Under the pieces are notes generated by a model. That model saw only the letters and a list, made by a program, of their open reading frames with translations. It ran no database searches and was not told the DNA's origin. The translations under genes and the position numbers were made by a program. From Girardia tigrina (lineage: Eukaryota), in contig MQRK01242253.1 in NCBI GenBank assembly GCA_001938485.1, positions 1-64,000 on the forward strand: DNA of 64,000 bases. Reading direction: 5' to 3'. Below, piece after piece: positions 62,600 to 64,000 of the stretch (positions are counted from its first letter, which is position 1; every line of letters begins with the position of its first letter).

Positions 62600-63149
62600 G
62601 CGGACTATAAATTCCAGGAGGCCATCTCTTTACTGACTCCAGGGGGTGCCCCGAGTCTTGTAAGAGACGAGATGGAGGATTGGAGTGCCAACGAGGGAAA
62701 GTTGTTCGAAGAAGGCCTGGGCAAGTATGGAAAATCCTTTCATCACATCTTTAGCGATTTCTTGCCTTGGAAGAGCCCTCAGAAGCTTGTGGAGTTTTAT
62801 TATATGTGGAAAACGTCCCAGCATTATTTGCAACTAAAACGAATTAAACGGTGCGAGAACGAGCACAAACTCAAGCAGGTTTACATCCCAAATTATACCA
62901 AACCAAATCCTGCAGTGCTTTTTACGGGATCTGGTGCGCAAGGGGGCGGTGTTGGCGCCTCTGGGGCTGCTGGCAGCGCTGGGGCAGTTGGACCAGGCTC
63001 TCAGACTAACAGTGGCTGTGAGAGTTGTGGTAGTCTCTCATCTGGTCAGTGGTTCGCCTGGGGACCACCAAATCTTCATTGTAAGCTCTGTGACACTTGT
63101 TGGAGCTATTGGAAACGGTATGGAGGACTAAAGAACCCCACGAGACAAG
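62600..63149 (+). CDS. MTA1: MTA exon 7, SANT domain plus GATA-type zinc finger; gene continues beyond the window
   Basis: RDEMEDWSANE...KYGKSF...LPWKS...EFYYMWKT; LKQVYIPNYTKPNP; CESC...LCDTCWSYWKRYGGLK; GTAACT donor at 63150. Confidence 0.93.
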
Positions 63150-64000
63150 GTAACTTAATTTCTATAGTTTTATCTATTGCTGTTTTTTAAACATTAAATT
63201 AACCCTAACCCCAGTTGGAAAATCATTTTTAAAATTATGTATTATTATGTTTTTATTATTTATTATGTTTTTTGTTGTTTTATTGATATTTATCGGAATT
63301 TTACGACCATTTTGCAGTCATTATTATAACTTAAATATATGCATCAAATATAAACCGAGCGGAAAATTTTGCTTTAAAAAAGTTTAAATGTCTAACAAAC
63401 AACCAAAGCTTAGAAATGACTAAAAACAGAATCGATATACACCAGTCACGATATTCTGATCGTTTTGACGAATTCTCCTCATTTCCTGTTTAAAAATTTC
63501 AAATAGAAATCAGCATTAACCGTTTTACGATTTTGGCACGAACTGAGAGTGGATGTTGTCTTTGTCATTGAATGACACAATGAAGATTATTCCGATTTTT
63601 GATGAAATTTTTCTTGTCTCTGTGTCTTGAGATTGTTTTCCATTCTACATTTCAAAAAGTTCTGAATATCATCCTTGTTTCTCATAGACATTCTTTTCTC
63701 ACACAAAATTTTCTTTCATTCCCTTTTGTTTGATCTATATCTTAAAGAGTTTCTTGACCGCTGCTTACACTTCGTTAGAGATATGTTTTGACGTGCAAGC
63801 ACATGAATGTGAGCAGTTTAGATAGGAGCAGTTCGATTTTTAGCTTGTGTTTTTAAAGAAAAGAAATACTCGCATTACATTGCGGCCTTCTAAGATATAC
63901 ACATTTATGTAGATAATAAACTTTCTCTCCTTCAATTTCAATGTATGAATAAATCACTTTCAGAAACAACTAATACAAACTAAAGAAGTTTTTTTAGTTA

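Noticed and set aside
3552-63149. Alternative genetic code or non-canonical introns
   Set aside because: Both host genes reconstruct with the standard code and GT-AG introns; in-frame stops occur only in decayed elements.

Overview
Very AT-rich eukaryotic (metazoan-type) genomic DNA with two divergently transcribed, spliced host genes. All introns I could reconstruct are GT-AG. On the minus strand is an RPRD2/RPRD1-like CID-domain gene: 6 coding exons, 22457->3552, about 693 aa if it ends at the first stop. On the plus strand is an MTA-family NuRD subunit gene (BAH-ELM2-SANT-GATA): 7 exons, 41534->63149, continuing past the window. The introns and the ~19 kb intergenic region are dense with decayed transposons: at least 8 mariner copies or fragments, Tc1/maT, pogo/Tigger, piggyBac, MULE, hAT MITEs, several Penelope-like remnants, a truncated RLE-type (NeSL/R2-like) non-LTR insertion, five solo LTRs of three families, and a deleted Gypsy element. 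The most unusual items are: an env-like (class III fusion-like) remnant in the Gypsy element with unassigned decayed ORFs beyond it; a STI1/Hop TPR fragment antisense in an MTA intron; tandem re-duplication of exon 3' ends into the following intron in both host genes; an acidic extension and structured 3' UTR on the RLE element; and A-rich splice acceptors. I found no intact novel multi-gene system. All family assignments come from motif recognition by eye, not database searches.
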